From the IMG/VR virus record IMGVR_UViG_3300005826_000069, positions 4,605 through 68,604 of that record: a DNA stretch of 64,000 nt; one strand, 5' to 3'. Below, one piece after another: positions 1-9,960 of this stretch (within the stretch, counting starts at the first letter, position 1; each line of letters opens with the position of its first letter). A program made the position numbers and the translations under genes. Source of the DNA: a virus. The notes under the pieces are model-generated. The model did no database searches. It was not told the origin of the DNA and was given only the letters and a program-made list of their open reading frames with translations.

Positions 1-2360
1 GAGGTGATATATCCAACAGTGTTCCCGTCCGGATACAGGTCACCCGAGAAATGAATCGTCGTTACTCCGCTGACAGCCAGATCGGTCTTGCCAGAGATGA
101 ACAGTCTTGCCGCTGATGCCTGAACATCCATCAGCATGTAGTTTGTATTGCCCGTCTCATTGATGCGGACATAATTCCCGTTTCGAACCTCGATATCACC
201 GACCACTGTCATCTGGAGGCCGGTCCAGCTCAGGTTCCCAGCTGTCGGTTGCCACGTCCCGGCGTTGTTGAACAGCAGATCATTGGCGGTAATGCCTGAC
301 GTGTTGACATCACTGAGATCATTCAGGGCACTTACCCCTCCGCCTGCGCTCAACGGGCCGACGGTTGAACCGTTGATTCGTACGTACATGCCAGCCGTCG
401 TGGTCCATGTATCGCCGTTTACCGGGCTTACTGGTGCGCTTCCGTGTGGCAATGTAATGCTGGCTTCGTCTGATGTGGCTGCACGAAACGTCTGCTTGGC
501 AGTCCACGTCTTGCCCAGCGTGTTCTGCAGCAGCGGTATCTCGTAGGTGTTCGACTGGATGCGGATGAACACACCCTTGGCCGCGCCCTGAGTCACCCAG
601 AAGTCACCTTCCGCTGGCGTTGTTGGCGCTGTGCCGGTGACTGGGAATGTCACCGTTGCCCGAGTCGTCGATGATGGCTGAAAGACCGCCTTGGTGCCGA
701 AGGTTGGGTAGCTCGTACTCAGCGGACCCTTGGACAACCATGTAGCGTTGTTTTGGTCTATGAATGCAAGCTCTTCGGCACTGGAGAATCTGATCGTGTG
801 CCTACGGTTTCCGGCAGAGGTGTTGAAGACGTAGAACTCCCAGTTAACCGTCTGGGTGTCTCCCTTGACCCAACGCATGTATCCGCCGTTGGTATCTCCC
901 GTCGAATCCACTTGAAACAAAGGAGCGAGGCCATTTGTCTTAGCTAGGAATCTGTTGTCGTTGATCCATTCGCCGCCGACGTTATCGTATCTTAGTAATA
1001 CACCATCTGCTGGCGATGTGATGGTGACATCGGTCAACCCGGCCAGCGTGCCTCCACCTCCGCCGCCAGTAAACTGCGACCAGTCAACCGCACTGGTGCC
1101 CAGCGTGCCTCCGGCATCTGACGTGCAGGTCCATCCGGTATCTTGCTGCGTGGTGCCTTCAGAAACGAATATCGCCGCAGACACCAGCTCGTCCCATGTG
1201 TCCGCGTCGGTCGCGCGAGTCCATGCGCCTGCGGCAACTACATAAATGCCGTTCTCTTCTGGCAGCGTCTGGTCCTTCACCAGCACCCGGTCATCAGCCA
1301 CCACGCCCACGCCATCGATGGTCTGCGTCCCTGACAGCGTGATGTTCGCGGTCGTTGCCACGAGCGCTGCGGGTTTCCACTTCAGCCCTGCGGCGAGGTT
1401 GTCCACATACAGCTTCGTGACCAGCTCAGACGGAGAGCTTGGGGTCAGACTACTGGTCGGAAGATTCGTGTTGAATGACCATGCCCCGGTAATGGTCTCC
1501 GTCTGATCGACTTCCGCATAGTTCTTCAGGTCGCTTATCTGCGACTCCGTGATCGAGATCGTAAGCTGCAAGTTGGTCCACGTATCTTGAACGTGGGTCG
1601 CGCCATCGTAGAAAGCAAGGAGGTCCGAGGCCGCTATCGTTTGCGACGACAGGCCGCTGAAGTTAAGCGCCACATCGTCTGCATTGACAGCAATGCCAGT
1701 TCCAGCGCCAACAGCGAAAGAACGATTGGCAGTAATATCGCCACCGCCGGTAAGACCAGCGCCAGCAGTAAGGCTGACCCCGCTGTGCGCGATATGCTGG
1801 TCAGCAACGTAGTTGTTGAGCGCGTCATGGTCGATCTGGTCGTTGTTGATGGTGAGAAGAAGATTGTCCCCGAAGGTCGCGTTGTCGTTCTCCACCAGAA
1901 GGCTGAGCATCGTATTCGCGGAACGAAAGCGAAAGTATTCATCGCTGGACAGGCTGGTGCTGTTGCCGCTCGTGTCTCTGAAGCCGATGTAGCGGAAGCC
2001 TCCGCCTCCACCGCCGCCGCCGGATTCGGCCTGCGGGGTCCACACGCCGCTGTTGTACTTCAGGACATAGCCGTTCTGGACCCCGGTCAGGTCCACATCT
2101 GACAGGTCTCCAATAGACTGTCCGGTAATATCCAGCAGGTACGGCTGCAGATCGGTGATGTCTGCTTCGACGTGGGTGTGATTGATCGGGGCGAAAGTGC
2201 CGCCCTGACCGATGGTCAGCTCGACTTGCTGCTCAAGCTCAAGGAGCGAGTTGTTGATGGCACGGAGACGACGCTCAACGATTTCCGTGAGCGAACGCTG
2301 CCTGAAAGCATCGTACTCATTATTCGGAAAATCAGGTAGGCGTTCTCCAGTGTCTGCCAT
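1..2360 (-). CDS. Tail fibre protein (partial, runs off the left edge; missing from the ORF track)
   Basis: ATG at 2360 overlaps the TAA of the upstream gene (TAATG). The segments translated by hand are open: MADTGERLPDF..., LSDV-type repeats, poly-Gly linkers, and the fibre module 'TTANITLSGTQTIDGV..DRVLVKDQT..ENGIY'. Confidence 0.85.
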   Translation of the reverse strand, partial: MADTGERLPDFPNNEYDAFRQRSLTEIVERRLRAINNSLLELEQQVELTIGQGGTFAPINHTHVEADITDLQPYLLDITGQSIGDLSDVDLTGVQNGYVLKYNSGVWTPQAESGGGGGGGGFRYIGFRDTSGNSTSLSSDEYFRFRSANTMLSLLVENDNATFGDNLLLTINNDQIDHDALNNYVADQHIAHSGVSLTAGAGLTGGGDITANRSFAVGAGTGIAVNADDVALNFSGLSSQTIAASDLLAFYDGATHVQDTWTNLQLTISITESQISDLKNYAEVDQTETITGAWSFNTNLPTSSLTPSSPSELVTKLYVDNLAAGLKWKPAALVATTANITLSGTQTIDGVGVVADDRVLVKDQTLPEENGIYVVAAGAWTRATDADTWDELVSAAIFVSEGTTQQDTGWTCTSDAGGTLGTSAVDWSQFTGGGGGGTLAGLTDVTITSPADGVLLRYDNVGGEWINDNRFLAKTNGLAPLFQVDSTGDTNGGYMRWVKGDTQTVNWEFYVFNTSAGNRRHTIRFSSAEELAFIDQNNATWLSKGPLSTSYPTFGTKAVFQPSSTTRATVTFPVTGTAPTTPAEGDFWVTQGAAKGVFIRIQSNTYEIPLLQNTLGKTWTAKQTFRAATSDEASITLPHGSAPVSPVNGDTWTTTAGMYVRINGSTVGPLSAGGGVSALNDLSDVNTSGITANDLLFNNAGTWQPTAGNLSWTGLQMTVVGDIEVRNGNYVRINETGNTNYMLMDVQASAARLFISGKTDLAVSGVTTIHFSGDLYPDGNTVGYIT

Positions 2361-4177
2361 TACCGCTTACCATGCGCTCCTGCCCTTGCGCGCCACTTAC
2401 CCATCCGCCACTCATCGCCCAGCTGATCCGACTCGACTTCGATAGATACCTGCCTGCCACGGAATCTCAGGCTGATCTTCCGGGTCGTACTGTCAACCGG
2501 GAACGGACCCTTGGTAATCAGCGTCGGGTCCTGTGGATACTGCCGCCCGTTCATCGTCACGTTGCATTGGCCCGTGAGATTCAGGAAGTCCGGGATCAGC
2601 TGATCGATATGAACCAGATACTCTCCGGCATCCGGAAGCTCCATGTCATACGATTCGATCCTCGCCACCAGCGGAGCCGCGTCGTCGTCAGTGCCGGTCT
2701 CGTGCTGATACAGGTAGCCATCGGTACTCGCCGCGTACGGTTTGTTCAGAACGGGGCTTCGATCCTGCCATGCTGTCCGGACAATGGCACCATAGGACCA
2801 AGTGTTCTCCTCGTAATTCAGCATGACGTAGCGGTTGATCTCTTCAGAGAATGGGTTCGCCGGGTTTCTCTGGTCTCCCACGCGACCGGGATAGAACCAC
2901 CATATCTCGTTGAACTCACGGTTGAGTCCAGCGAATATCTTCTCCGACTGGTCGTTGTTCAGCGCTTCGTACACGAAGTTACGGACATCGCTGGGCATCA
3001 CCCTGAGCACACCGTCGTACATGAAGAAGTCACCCTCTCCCATGAAGTAAACCCGGTAGTCCGTGGCCACTGCCGCATTTGGCCCGAGGATGGTGACGTT
3101 CTCGCCAACTACGTTGATGCCGTAGATATCGTTGCCGCCTATGAAGTCCAGCGAATGCACCGATTGATTGGTGAACGCCAGTATCTGTCCGCGCGTTTTC
3201 ACTGCCGCCACGATGCGTGAGCCGCGATAAAGGCGCAGAAGCCCGGAGGTGTTGAACGTCGTGGGTATCCAGTCATTCAGGTCCTCTGTCGAGCACCAGC
3301 GAATCAGCAGCGGATCAAACCTGTTGGTGAACTGATCTGTCGCGCCCAGTGCGAACAAGTGCCGGTCACGCTGCGAGATGATCGCGATGTTCGTGCGCTG
3401 CGGAGCTTCCTCCAGCAGCACGGCCCTGCTTTGTGGGCCGAAGGTCCGGTCCCACCAATACATCGATCCGCCGAATGGCGCGGCAATCAGGTCCTCACCC
3501 CAGTTGTCGAGGCTCCATGTGCGCGCACCGATCACCGTGCCAGAGGTTGTTCTGGGCGTGCCCCACGTCTCCTGACTCCAGTAGCCAGTGCCCCAGCCTG
3601 TTCCGGTGCCGGTCGAGGATCGCCCGGTGTTGATCTGGTAGGCCGCCGTAACAGTGCCGCCGCCGTTGGCCGTGCCTGACGCGGCAGAACCAGCATCGAA
3701 TTCGTAGGTGTCGTACGCGGTGACAGCAGTCACCTGATACTCCCCGTTGAGAGTCAGCCCACCGACCGCTGTAGCCCCGGAGAAGGTCACGAAGTCGTTG
3801 ACCCGGCAGCCGTGGCTGGGATCGGTCACCACGACCGTCTGTGAGCCGATTGTCGTGTCGAACGGATCAACCAGCACCACAGTCCTTCTGATGGGCGTGA
3901 TGTCGCTCAGGGTGCCGTCTGACTGCCACAGATAGAGCTTCCAGTCAGTACCGATGGCGGTCCACAGCGCGCCATCGAGAGAGGCCCAGTCGATAATGTT
4001 TCTGGCCGTCCCGAGAAACTGTGGTTGCAGCTGGGTCCAGCCGCCGATCTTCTCCGGCAGCCCATACCTGAAGCGGACGTTGTTACCGTCCTTCCAGCGT
4101 CCCGTGGCACCGCGATCCGTCTCCTCGGTGTAGATGCCGGGAGCGAAGGGTAGGTCGATGATCTTTTTCGTGGTCAT
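2360..4177 (-). CDS. Tail nozzle / packaged-DNA stabilisation protein (P22 gp10 / T7 gp12-like beta-propeller)
   Basis: 605 aa, beta-rich, 'W.DG.NVRFR.G.PEKIGGW' N-terminus typical of podovirus stabilisation proteins; position in the tail module. Confidence 0.75.
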   Translation of the reverse strand: MTTKKIIDLPFAPGIYTEETDRGATGRWKDGNNVRFRYGLPEKIGGWTQLQPQFLGTARNIIDWASLDGALWTAIGTDWKLYLWQSDGTLSDITPIRRTVVLVDPFDTTIGSQTVVVTDPSHGCRVNDFVTFSGATAVGGLTLNGEYQVTAVTAYDTYEFDAGSAASGTANGGGTVTAAYQINTGRSSTGTGTGWGTGYWSQETWGTPRTTSGTVIGARTWSLDNWGEDLIAAPFGGSMYWWDRTFGPQSRAVLLEEAPQRTNIAIISQRDRHLFALGATDQFTNRFDPLLIRWCSTEDLNDWIPTTFNTSGLLRLYRGSRIVAAVKTRGQILAFTNQSVHSLDFIGGNDIYGINVVGENVTILGPNAAVATDYRVYFMGEGDFFMYDGVLRVMPSDVRNFVYEALNNDQSEKIFAGLNREFNEIWWFYPGRVGDQRNPANPFSEEINRYVMLNYEENTWSYGAIVRTAWQDRSPVLNKPYAASTDGYLYQHETGTDDDAAPLVARIESYDMELPDAGEYLVHIDQLIPDFLNLTGQCNVTMNGRQYPQDPTLITKGPFPVDSTTRKISLRFRGRQVSIEVESDQLGDEWRMGKWRARAGAHGKR

Positions 4178-5010
4178 GCTATCGCCGTGGTTCCACCGAG
4201 TAATCTGCTTTCAGAGATCAGGGTCGCCTTGTTCTTGGCTCCGACCAGCGTGGTTGTCGCTGCCGCCCCGCTGACCGCCGCACCTGCAGCACCGCCACTG
4301 CCGCCAGCGCAATTCACAATCTGGCCACTACCGCTGACACCAGCTGAGCCGTTATCACCATAATTGCTCGCGCCATTGCCGCCGTCCCCGCCGAAGTCGG
4401 TCGCGCCGGTAGGTTGCCCGTCACCGCCCGTTCCGCCTGCTGACGGGCCGCCCGTGGTCCCGTCGTCTGCCTTGAAGGGCGAGAATGAACCAGCGCCACC
4501 CGTGCCGCCTGCCGAGACGTTCCAGCCACGACCGCCACCGCCACCGCCACCGCCGTATCCTCCGCCAGCGCCCGAGGCTGATCCGCCGCCACCGCCGCCA
4601 CCGCCGCCGCCCCAGATGTAGCCGTTGTCATTGTCCAGCTGGATATCGATGTTGTAGAAATTGGTCAGGGCATTCCCGCCGGAACCCCCTGAGTCTGCCG
4701 AAGCGCCGGGGAAACCGCAGGTATATCCGGGGACATCCGTCGTTGACTCGCCTGCGCCACCATCACCACCAGAACCACCACGCCCAAGGATGGTGCCGTT
4801 GTTTGTCAGGTTGATGATGCTGCTCGATTCCCACTGTCCGATCAGCATGGTGCTGATCGTCACCCCGCCGTTGATCGTGACGAACACGTCAGCAGGCTGG
4901 GTCGGGTTTCCGCAGTCATCCCACAGGTTGTAATCCTGTTGGTTTGTGCTGATGACTTTCACGATGGTGATCCGGTCTGACAGCATCGGGATAGGGACAG
5001 TCCAAGGCAT
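4174..5010 (-). CDS. Glycine-rich receptor-binding adhesin (T-even gp38-like)
   Basis: 'INLTNNGTILGRGGSGG', 'IWGGGGGGGGG' and a closing 'GGAAGAAV' follow the gp38 polyglycine pattern. Confidence 0.65.
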   Translation of the reverse strand: MPWTVPIPMLSDRITIVKVISTNQQDYNLWDDCGNPTQPADVFVTINGGVTISTMLIGQWESSSIINLTNNGTILGRGGSGGDGGAGESTTDVPGYTCGFPGASADSGGSGGNALTNFYNIDIQLDNDNGYIWGGGGGGGGGGSASGAGGGYGGGGGGGGRGWNVSAGGTGGAGSFSPFKADDGTTGGPSAGGTGGDGQPTGATDFGGDGGNGASNYGDNGSAGVSGSGQIVNCAGGSGGAAGAAVSGAAATTTLVGAKNKATLISESRLLGGTTAIA

Positions 5011-5903
5011 CAGCTTACATCCGTGATCAGGTTTCCAATCCAGCGTCCGCCGCCGGGATACGCGGAGACATACTCGAACGCGGCATAGTCAACGGCGTTG
5101 GCTGCCGTCGAAAGCGGCGGTCTCGTCCCGGCAGGGAAGTAATAGTTTGTTCCCCATGTGATCGTATAAGGGCCACCCGCAGCAGGCTGGATGAAAGCGA
5201 TGCGAATGACCTGCCCATCCGCGCCAGCGGTGACAGTCGGATTGGACAGCGTGATATTCCCGGACAAGGTGCAGACAAACGCATTTGATGCGCCGTTGTC
5301 CACGGTGACTGCGCCCGATCCGGACAGCACCACCCGCGTCACGTTCTGTGCCTTGGTGAACAGCTGCGTCTTGGTTGTCGAGATGCCAAGGTCCTTGCGC
5401 ACGAAGCTCTCGCCAGTGACGTACACACCAGACCCGCCTGACTCAAGGTTCTTGGCGTTGGTGGAGTTGACAGCCTGCGAGACGGTTCCCGCGTTGACGA
5501 ACTGGACATTCACCCCGTCACACATCACCCAGCGAATCTCTCCGTTGGGCACGTTGACCCCGGTGCCGGATGTCGTCTTGATAGTGACTTCATTACCGTC
5601 CGAGATCGAGTTCCGAACAAGATAGAAGCGGGTGATCCCCGCTCCCTCTGGTACGTTCACGTTGCGCACCGTTCCCGGCGAGCCGGTCACATCCAGAATG
5701 CCTGCCCTCGCATCATTCGAGTTTGTGCTCCCGTTGTCATAGATCAGCGTGACATCGCCTACCGTGACGAGAACGGTCTCCATCTTCGCGACTGCGTTTT
5801 CCAGCAGCTGGAACACGCCTTGATTTGCAACATCGCCCCACGTTTCGTCGTTCTCGCCAACGTCCTGCAGAGTGATCTTGAGGATCGGTGAATAAGTTGT
5901 CAT
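5010..5903 (-). CDS. Short tail fibre / virion protein
   Basis: 297 aa; N-terminal 'GENDETWGDVAN' anchor and C-terminal 'ITWGTNYYFPAGTRPPLSTAANAVD' motif common in phage fibres. Confidence 0.65.
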   Translation of the reverse strand: MTTYSPILKITLQDVGENDETWGDVANQGVFQLLENAVAKMETVLVTVGDVTLIYDNGSTNSNDARAGILDVTGSPGTVRNVNVPEGAGITRFYLVRNSISDGNEVTIKTTSGTGVNVPNGEIRWVMCDGVNVQFVNAGTVSQAVNSTNAKNLESGGSGVYVTGESFVRKDLGISTTKTQLFTKAQNVTRVVLSGSGAVTVDNGASNAFVCTLSGNITLSNPTVTAGADGQVIRIAFIQPAAGGPYTITWGTNYYFPAGTRPPLSTAANAVDYAAFEYVSAYPGGGRWIGNLITDVS

Positions 5904-6565
5904 TGGCCTGCTCCAAGCGGGAAGGCGCGTATCTCTGGATACCGCGCCGCCATCAAGTCATAAAGTTCACGTTTGCTTGCAGGGATCAACGAGGCGTAGT
6001 CCTGCTCCCATATCGGAATCCTGTCATCACTCTTCAGGAACTTCTCTGCCTCGGCAAGACATGCTTTGAACAGGAGGTCGCCTACATTGTCCGACAGCCA
6101 GTTGGTCTCGTTCGTCGTCACCACCAGAGCTGCTGGGCGAATGATGTAACGAACCGTCAGCGTGTAAACCGTATCCGGAAGTGGTGCGACGATGAAATTT
6201 GTCTCGTCAGGCTCTGCGTAATACTGAGGCGCACCTTCCGCCGTCGTCAGGTAATCCTCAATCCATTCGTACGAACGAAGCTCAAGGAACGTCCTCGCGC
6301 TGCTGGCCCCGCTCTCGAATGAGATTGACTGAGCGCCCAGTTGGTTTGCGGCATATCCCGCTGGCTTCACCACTGCGGAAACACCCTGCACGGTAGGTGT
6401 CGTTTCCGTTGCACGGAAGATCGACAGGTCGAGGTCTCTGGCAAGGCGCAGCTCACCAAGGTTGATGACCTCCGGAATGCTGCCAGCGAATTCCGTTCCA
6501 TCGTCCTCCATCCATGCTTGAAGGTCCGCTGTAAGTTGCGTTGCGCTTGTTTGATATCCGGGCAT
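5900..6565 (-). CDS. Head-tail adaptor / tail tubular protein
   Basis: 221 aa, 'G.PQYYA...IVAP.PD..Y' and 'TNWLSDN..DLL' motifs; synteny. Confidence 0.65.
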   Translation of the reverse strand: MPGYQTSATQLTADLQAWMEDDGTEFAGSIPEVINLGELRLARDLDLSIFRATETTPTVQGVSAVVKPAGYAANQLGAQSISFESGASSARTFLELRSYEWIEDYLTTAEGAPQYYAEPDETNFIVAPLPDTVYTLTVRYIIRPAALVVTTNETNWLSDNVGDLLFKACLAEAEKFLKSDDRIPIWEQDYASLIPASKRELYDLMAARYPEIRAFPLGAGQ

Positions 6566-6566
6566 G

Positions 6567-8381
6567 TCAGAATCCCTGTGTGTTGTTGTTCAGGCCAAGA
6601 AATTCCGCATTGATAGCGCCCGGTATGTTTGCCGCGTCACTGGTCCACGTCAGACCGTCCGCGCTCTTGAGCACGTAGGGGTCGTACTGGTTTATCGCGC
6701 CGACCGCAACCCATCCATCCGTTACCGAATACGAAACCGCAGCCAAGCCGCCGAAGTTCAGATTGGCTTCATCGCCTGTTCCGAATCTCTGTGTCCACCC
6801 GTTGGTGACCGGATCGTCGCTGGTCCATATCCGCCCGGTGCCTGCGCCGCCCAGACTGTTACCGACGGCGACCCACAGGCCATCGAAGAACTGGATATCG
6901 CGGACACGAACGCCTGTCGAGCTGGGCAACGCCTGCACCGCCAGCGCCCACGGGCTTGCCGTGATCGACTCCGTTCCACGGACCACGCCGCTGTTCCCGC
7001 CTATTAGCCAGCGGTCGTTGCCTGACGCATCATTGCCGAAGCCGCAAGCCGATAGGTCCTGCGCAGTGCCAGAGGTCCGCGCAGTCCACGTTGTGCCATC
7101 CGGGCTGGTGTATAGCGTGCCGCCGTTACCGACAAGAACCCAGAGGCTGGCTCCGGCAAAGTACCGAACCTTGATCCATTGACCTACAGGCGAACCGCCG
7201 ATTACGGTCCACGTCGTCCCGCCGTTTACCGACTGGATCAACCCCTCAACCCACGTCGTAGCGATGAACTTCGATCCGTCAGTGCTAACCGAATAGATAG
7301 GATTGGAAAACGACTGCACAGGTGCGGTCTGTTCCGCCCAAGAAATCCCGTCCGTGCTGCGCTGTATGGTGTTTGCAGACTCGCCGCCAACGGCTATCCA
7401 CTGCGTTTGATCGTAGGCAATACCACGGATTCCGTACTCGGTGAAGTTGAAAACGACCTTTGTCCATGGCTCTGATGTTCCTGATCGGTAGGCAATGCCA
7501 TTGTTGGAGCCGCTGTACTCAATGCCAGCGACCCAGAAGTCTCCAGCCTGTTCAACGTTGATGGTGACAGGCACCTCGACGGTCGCGTTCTGCGGAGACT
7601 GTCCGGTATCCGTGACCGTCACTGCCAGCGTCCCCGTGTAAACGCCGACGGCAAGTGGGCCGATGGTCAGCGTTGAGGACGGCGCAGAGGCACTGGTAAT
7701 CGTGATCGCAGGATCGGGCTGATCAATCCACGCCCATGAGTATAGATACGGCGGACATCCGCCCACCGCATTGATCACGATAGGCGCGGTGACCCCGCCT
7801 GCCGGTGCCACTGTTTCAGACACACTGGGAGGCACTGCCGCCGCTGCGAGCACGAGCGTGCTCTGATTCCCGGCAACGACCTTGTTCCCCGCCGACGCTG
7901 TGCCCTCGAACGGATAGGAGATCGATATCGAATAGGTGGGCGTGCATTTGATCGGCACGGTAATCGGGCTGCAATACCACGTCGTGTCATCACGCTGGAT
8001 ATACACGAAAGAGCTTGGCCCTGAGCTGTCATCGAAGCGCAGGGCATCTTCCAGCCCGATCAGCGTCTCGCCGCCCACCAGATCGCCTGCCAACGTGGTG
8101 TTGGCCGGAATGCTCGGATCGAGGGCGCAGCATCCCGCTCGTGGGTCATCGCCCTCTCCGGGAGGCTTTGAGATTTCAGGAGCTGGTCGCCACAAAGCGA
8201 CCGGATCAACGACGGTGACAGGCGTTTCCTGCGGATGCTTAGGCTCCCACCAGTCCGGATGAACCAGCAGGCCGGAGATGTGACCGTCTTCGACCAGATC
8301 GCGGTACAGCATCTTCTGCCCGGAACGCTGGCACTCTGCTAATGCATGACGGCCTTTTGCATACTCTTTGCGTCCGCTCAC
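6567..8381 (-). CDS. Virion protein: conserved short N-terminal domain fused to Ig-like and BNR/beta-propeller domains
   Basis: N-terminal 'YAKGRHALAECQRSG...WEPKHPQ'; 'GGCPPYLYSW' Ig-like segment; repeated 'S.DG..W' Asp-box motifs. Confidence 0.65.
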   Translation of the reverse strand: MSGRKEYAKGRHALAECQRSGQKMLYRDLVEDGHISGLLVHPDWWEPKHPQETPVTVVDPVALWRPAPEISKPPGEGDDPRAGCCALDPSIPANTTLAGDLVGGETLIGLEDALRFDDSSGPSSFVYIQRDDTTWYCSPITVPIKCTPTYSISISYPFEGTASAGNKVVAGNQSTLVLAAAAVPPSVSETVAPAGGVTAPIVINAVGGCPPYLYSWAWIDQPDPAITITSASAPSSTLTIGPLAVGVYTGTLAVTVTDTGQSPQNATVEVPVTINVEQAGDFWVAGIEYSGSNNGIAYRSGTSEPWTKVVFNFTEYGIRGIAYDQTQWIAVGGESANTIQRSTDGISWAEQTAPVQSFSNPIYSVSTDGSKFIATTWVEGLIQSVNGGTTWTVIGGSPVGQWIKVRYFAGASLWVLVGNGGTLYTSPDGTTWTARTSGTAQDLSACGFGNDASGNDRWLIGGNSGVVRGTESITASPWALAVQALPSSTGVRVRDIQFFDGLWVAVGNSLGGAGTGRIWTSDDPVTNGWTQRFGTGDEANLNFGGLAAVSYSVTDGWVAVGAINQYDPYVLKSADGLTWTSDAANIPGAINAEFLGLNNNTQGF

Positions 8382-9076
8382 CTGTAATTCCTACCAGACC
8401 CCCGCCGATACTTGAAGTTGCTTCCCGGCACGATTCGCAGGTCAGCTCCTTCGTTGGTTGCGCCAAGACCCTCTCTGAGTTTCTTGTCCGCTTTTGCAAA
8501 CAGGCCCTGTTCGAGCTGCGGTGCCCACTTCTCTGCGAGCTTCGCTGCCAACCCAGACGCAAACGCTTCGCGCATGTAGTACGGAATGTCCGCAGTCTGG
8601 GCTGCCTGATCTGCGTCCTCGTAACGCAGCAGCGCGTTGTAGATGATCTGATCAGTCGAGTTTTCGGGCACCGTCCAGAAATACAGCGTGACATCATCAC
8701 GCTGTTTGTCTGCAAAGAACCTGTCCGGCCTTCCCTGAGTGTCTTTGTCAGGGATGTTCAGCCACTCCGCGCGACTCATGATCTCGACAGGAGTGTCCGT
8801 TCCGTCACGCCTGAGCACCATATCAACGATGTCGATGACCTGAGCAGGCAGTGCGTAGCTCTGCGTGCCCTGAACCAGCGGCAGGGTGATCTCGGTGATC
8901 TTGAACTGGGCGTAACCTTTGGTTGCCCACTCGACCATCATGTAGGAAATTGATCTGCGAGCAGAGCGAATGTGCCTTGCAGTAAGCGATGCCGGGTCTA
9001 CCAGACAACGCTCAAACGACTCACTCACAATGCTCGCGAGATCAGGGTTCCAGAGGTACGTACCACTGGTTGCCAT
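8378..9076 (-). CDS. Head-tail adaptor protein
   Basis: 'MATSGT..W...I..EsFERC...ARRS' conserved N-terminus; lies after the capsid genes. Confidence 0.65.
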   Translation of the reverse strand: MATSGTYLWNPDLASIVSESFERCLVDPASLTARHIRSARRSISYMMVEWATKGYAQFKITEITLPLVQGTQSYALPAQVIDIVDMVLRRDGTDTPVEIMSRAEWLNIPDKDTQGRPDRFFADKQRDDVTLYFWTVPENSTDQIIYNALLRYEDADQAAQTADIPYYMREAFASGLAAKLAEKWAPQLEQGLFAKADKKLREGLGATNEGADLRIVPGSNFKYRRGSGRNYR

Positions 9077-9079
9077 TGC

Positions 9080-9421
9080 TTAACTCCTCTCGCTAGAGAG
9101 GATGTCCTGAACGATGGTAATTACCGACGTACCAGTCGCTCCGCCCAGAATTACCCGGATGGAATCGATTGGATGCGTCCACTGGTAAGTCCCGTCTGCT
9201 TCAGCTGTCTTGGCAATCCAGTTGGCCGAGGCCGCAGGAACCGCGTTGGCCACGGCATTGACCGCCTGACTTTCTGCGCGGATGTTATCCAAGGTCCACG
9301 ACACTGACGTGACCGTCAGCCCCGTGAGTCCCGAGATCGCCAGCACAGTCGCATCGGTGTACCGATTTACCGGGTAGTAATACGTACCCGGCTCAGTTGG
9401 CGTACTCCTGATAGGACGCAT
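9080..9421 (-). CDS. Virion structural protein
   Basis: 113 aa, beta-rich, AGGAGGT RBS, inside the structural operon. Confidence 0.6.
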   Translation of the reverse strand: MRPIRSTPTEPGTYYYPVNRYTDATVLAISGLTGLTVTSVSWTLDNIRAESQAVNAVANAVPAASANWIAKTAEADGTYQWTHPIDSIRVILGGATGTSVITIVQDILSSERS

Positions 9422-9435
9422 AGGTCACCTCCCTA

Positions 9436-9867
9436 TCAGTCGTTGATCACGCCATTGTCACTGATGATGTAGCTGACAAGGAACGTGGTCGTGCCACCCG
9501 TTGCCGCAGACGCACCGACACCCGCTTCGATTTCGGTGTCTGCCGTCAGGGCTACACCAAGATCAGCGCCAGTCTGCACCTCCACGACCGATGCCGTATC
9601 GGCAGACAGCTCATTCGCCAGACCGGCTGTGGTGCCGCCTGCGAGCTGCACGTCGATAGTCGGGGCCGTGCCGCCCGTACCGCCGCCAAGAGTCGTCACG
9701 CCCAGCGGGATTGCTCCAGCCGGAAGATACGCCCCGGTCCCGGCGACTGCCGCCGTTGGATCGACCGCTACTTTGACATATGCCCGGAATACCGCAGGGG
9801 TTCCCAGACTTTCACTGCCGGAGCCACGCTGCCGCCAGTAACCTGTAATCGTTGAACGCTTACCCAT
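9436..9867 (-). CDS. Capsid decoration / minor structural protein
   Basis: 143 aa, Ala/Gly/Thr-rich, 'LPAGAIP' motif, directly after the capsid gene. Confidence 0.6.
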   Translation of the reverse strand: MGKRSTITGYWRQRGSGSESLGTPAVFRAYVKVAVDPTAAVAGTGAYLPAGAIPLGVTTLGGGTGGTAPTIDVQLAGGTTAGLANELSADTASVVEVQTGADLGVALTADTEIEAGVGASAATGGTTTFLVSYIISDNGVIND

Positions 9868-9910
9868 CTGTCTTCTCCAGTCCCATTAAAGGGTCTTCAG
9901 GGTAGGAATG

Positions 9911-9938
9911 GTGGGTGCCCACCGAAGCAGGCACCCAC
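9911..9938 (-). terminator. Hairpin after the major capsid gene (possible weak terminator or stabiliser)
   Basis: GTGGGTGCC/GGCACCCAC 9-bp inverted repeat; poor U-tract. Confidence 0.4.
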
Positions 9939-9960
9939 ACACTACTTGGATCAGCCGTGC

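Noticed and set aside
265-2445. Short ORFs listed in the track
   Set aside because: Shadows of the minus-strand tail fibre gene, which the track missed because it runs off the window.
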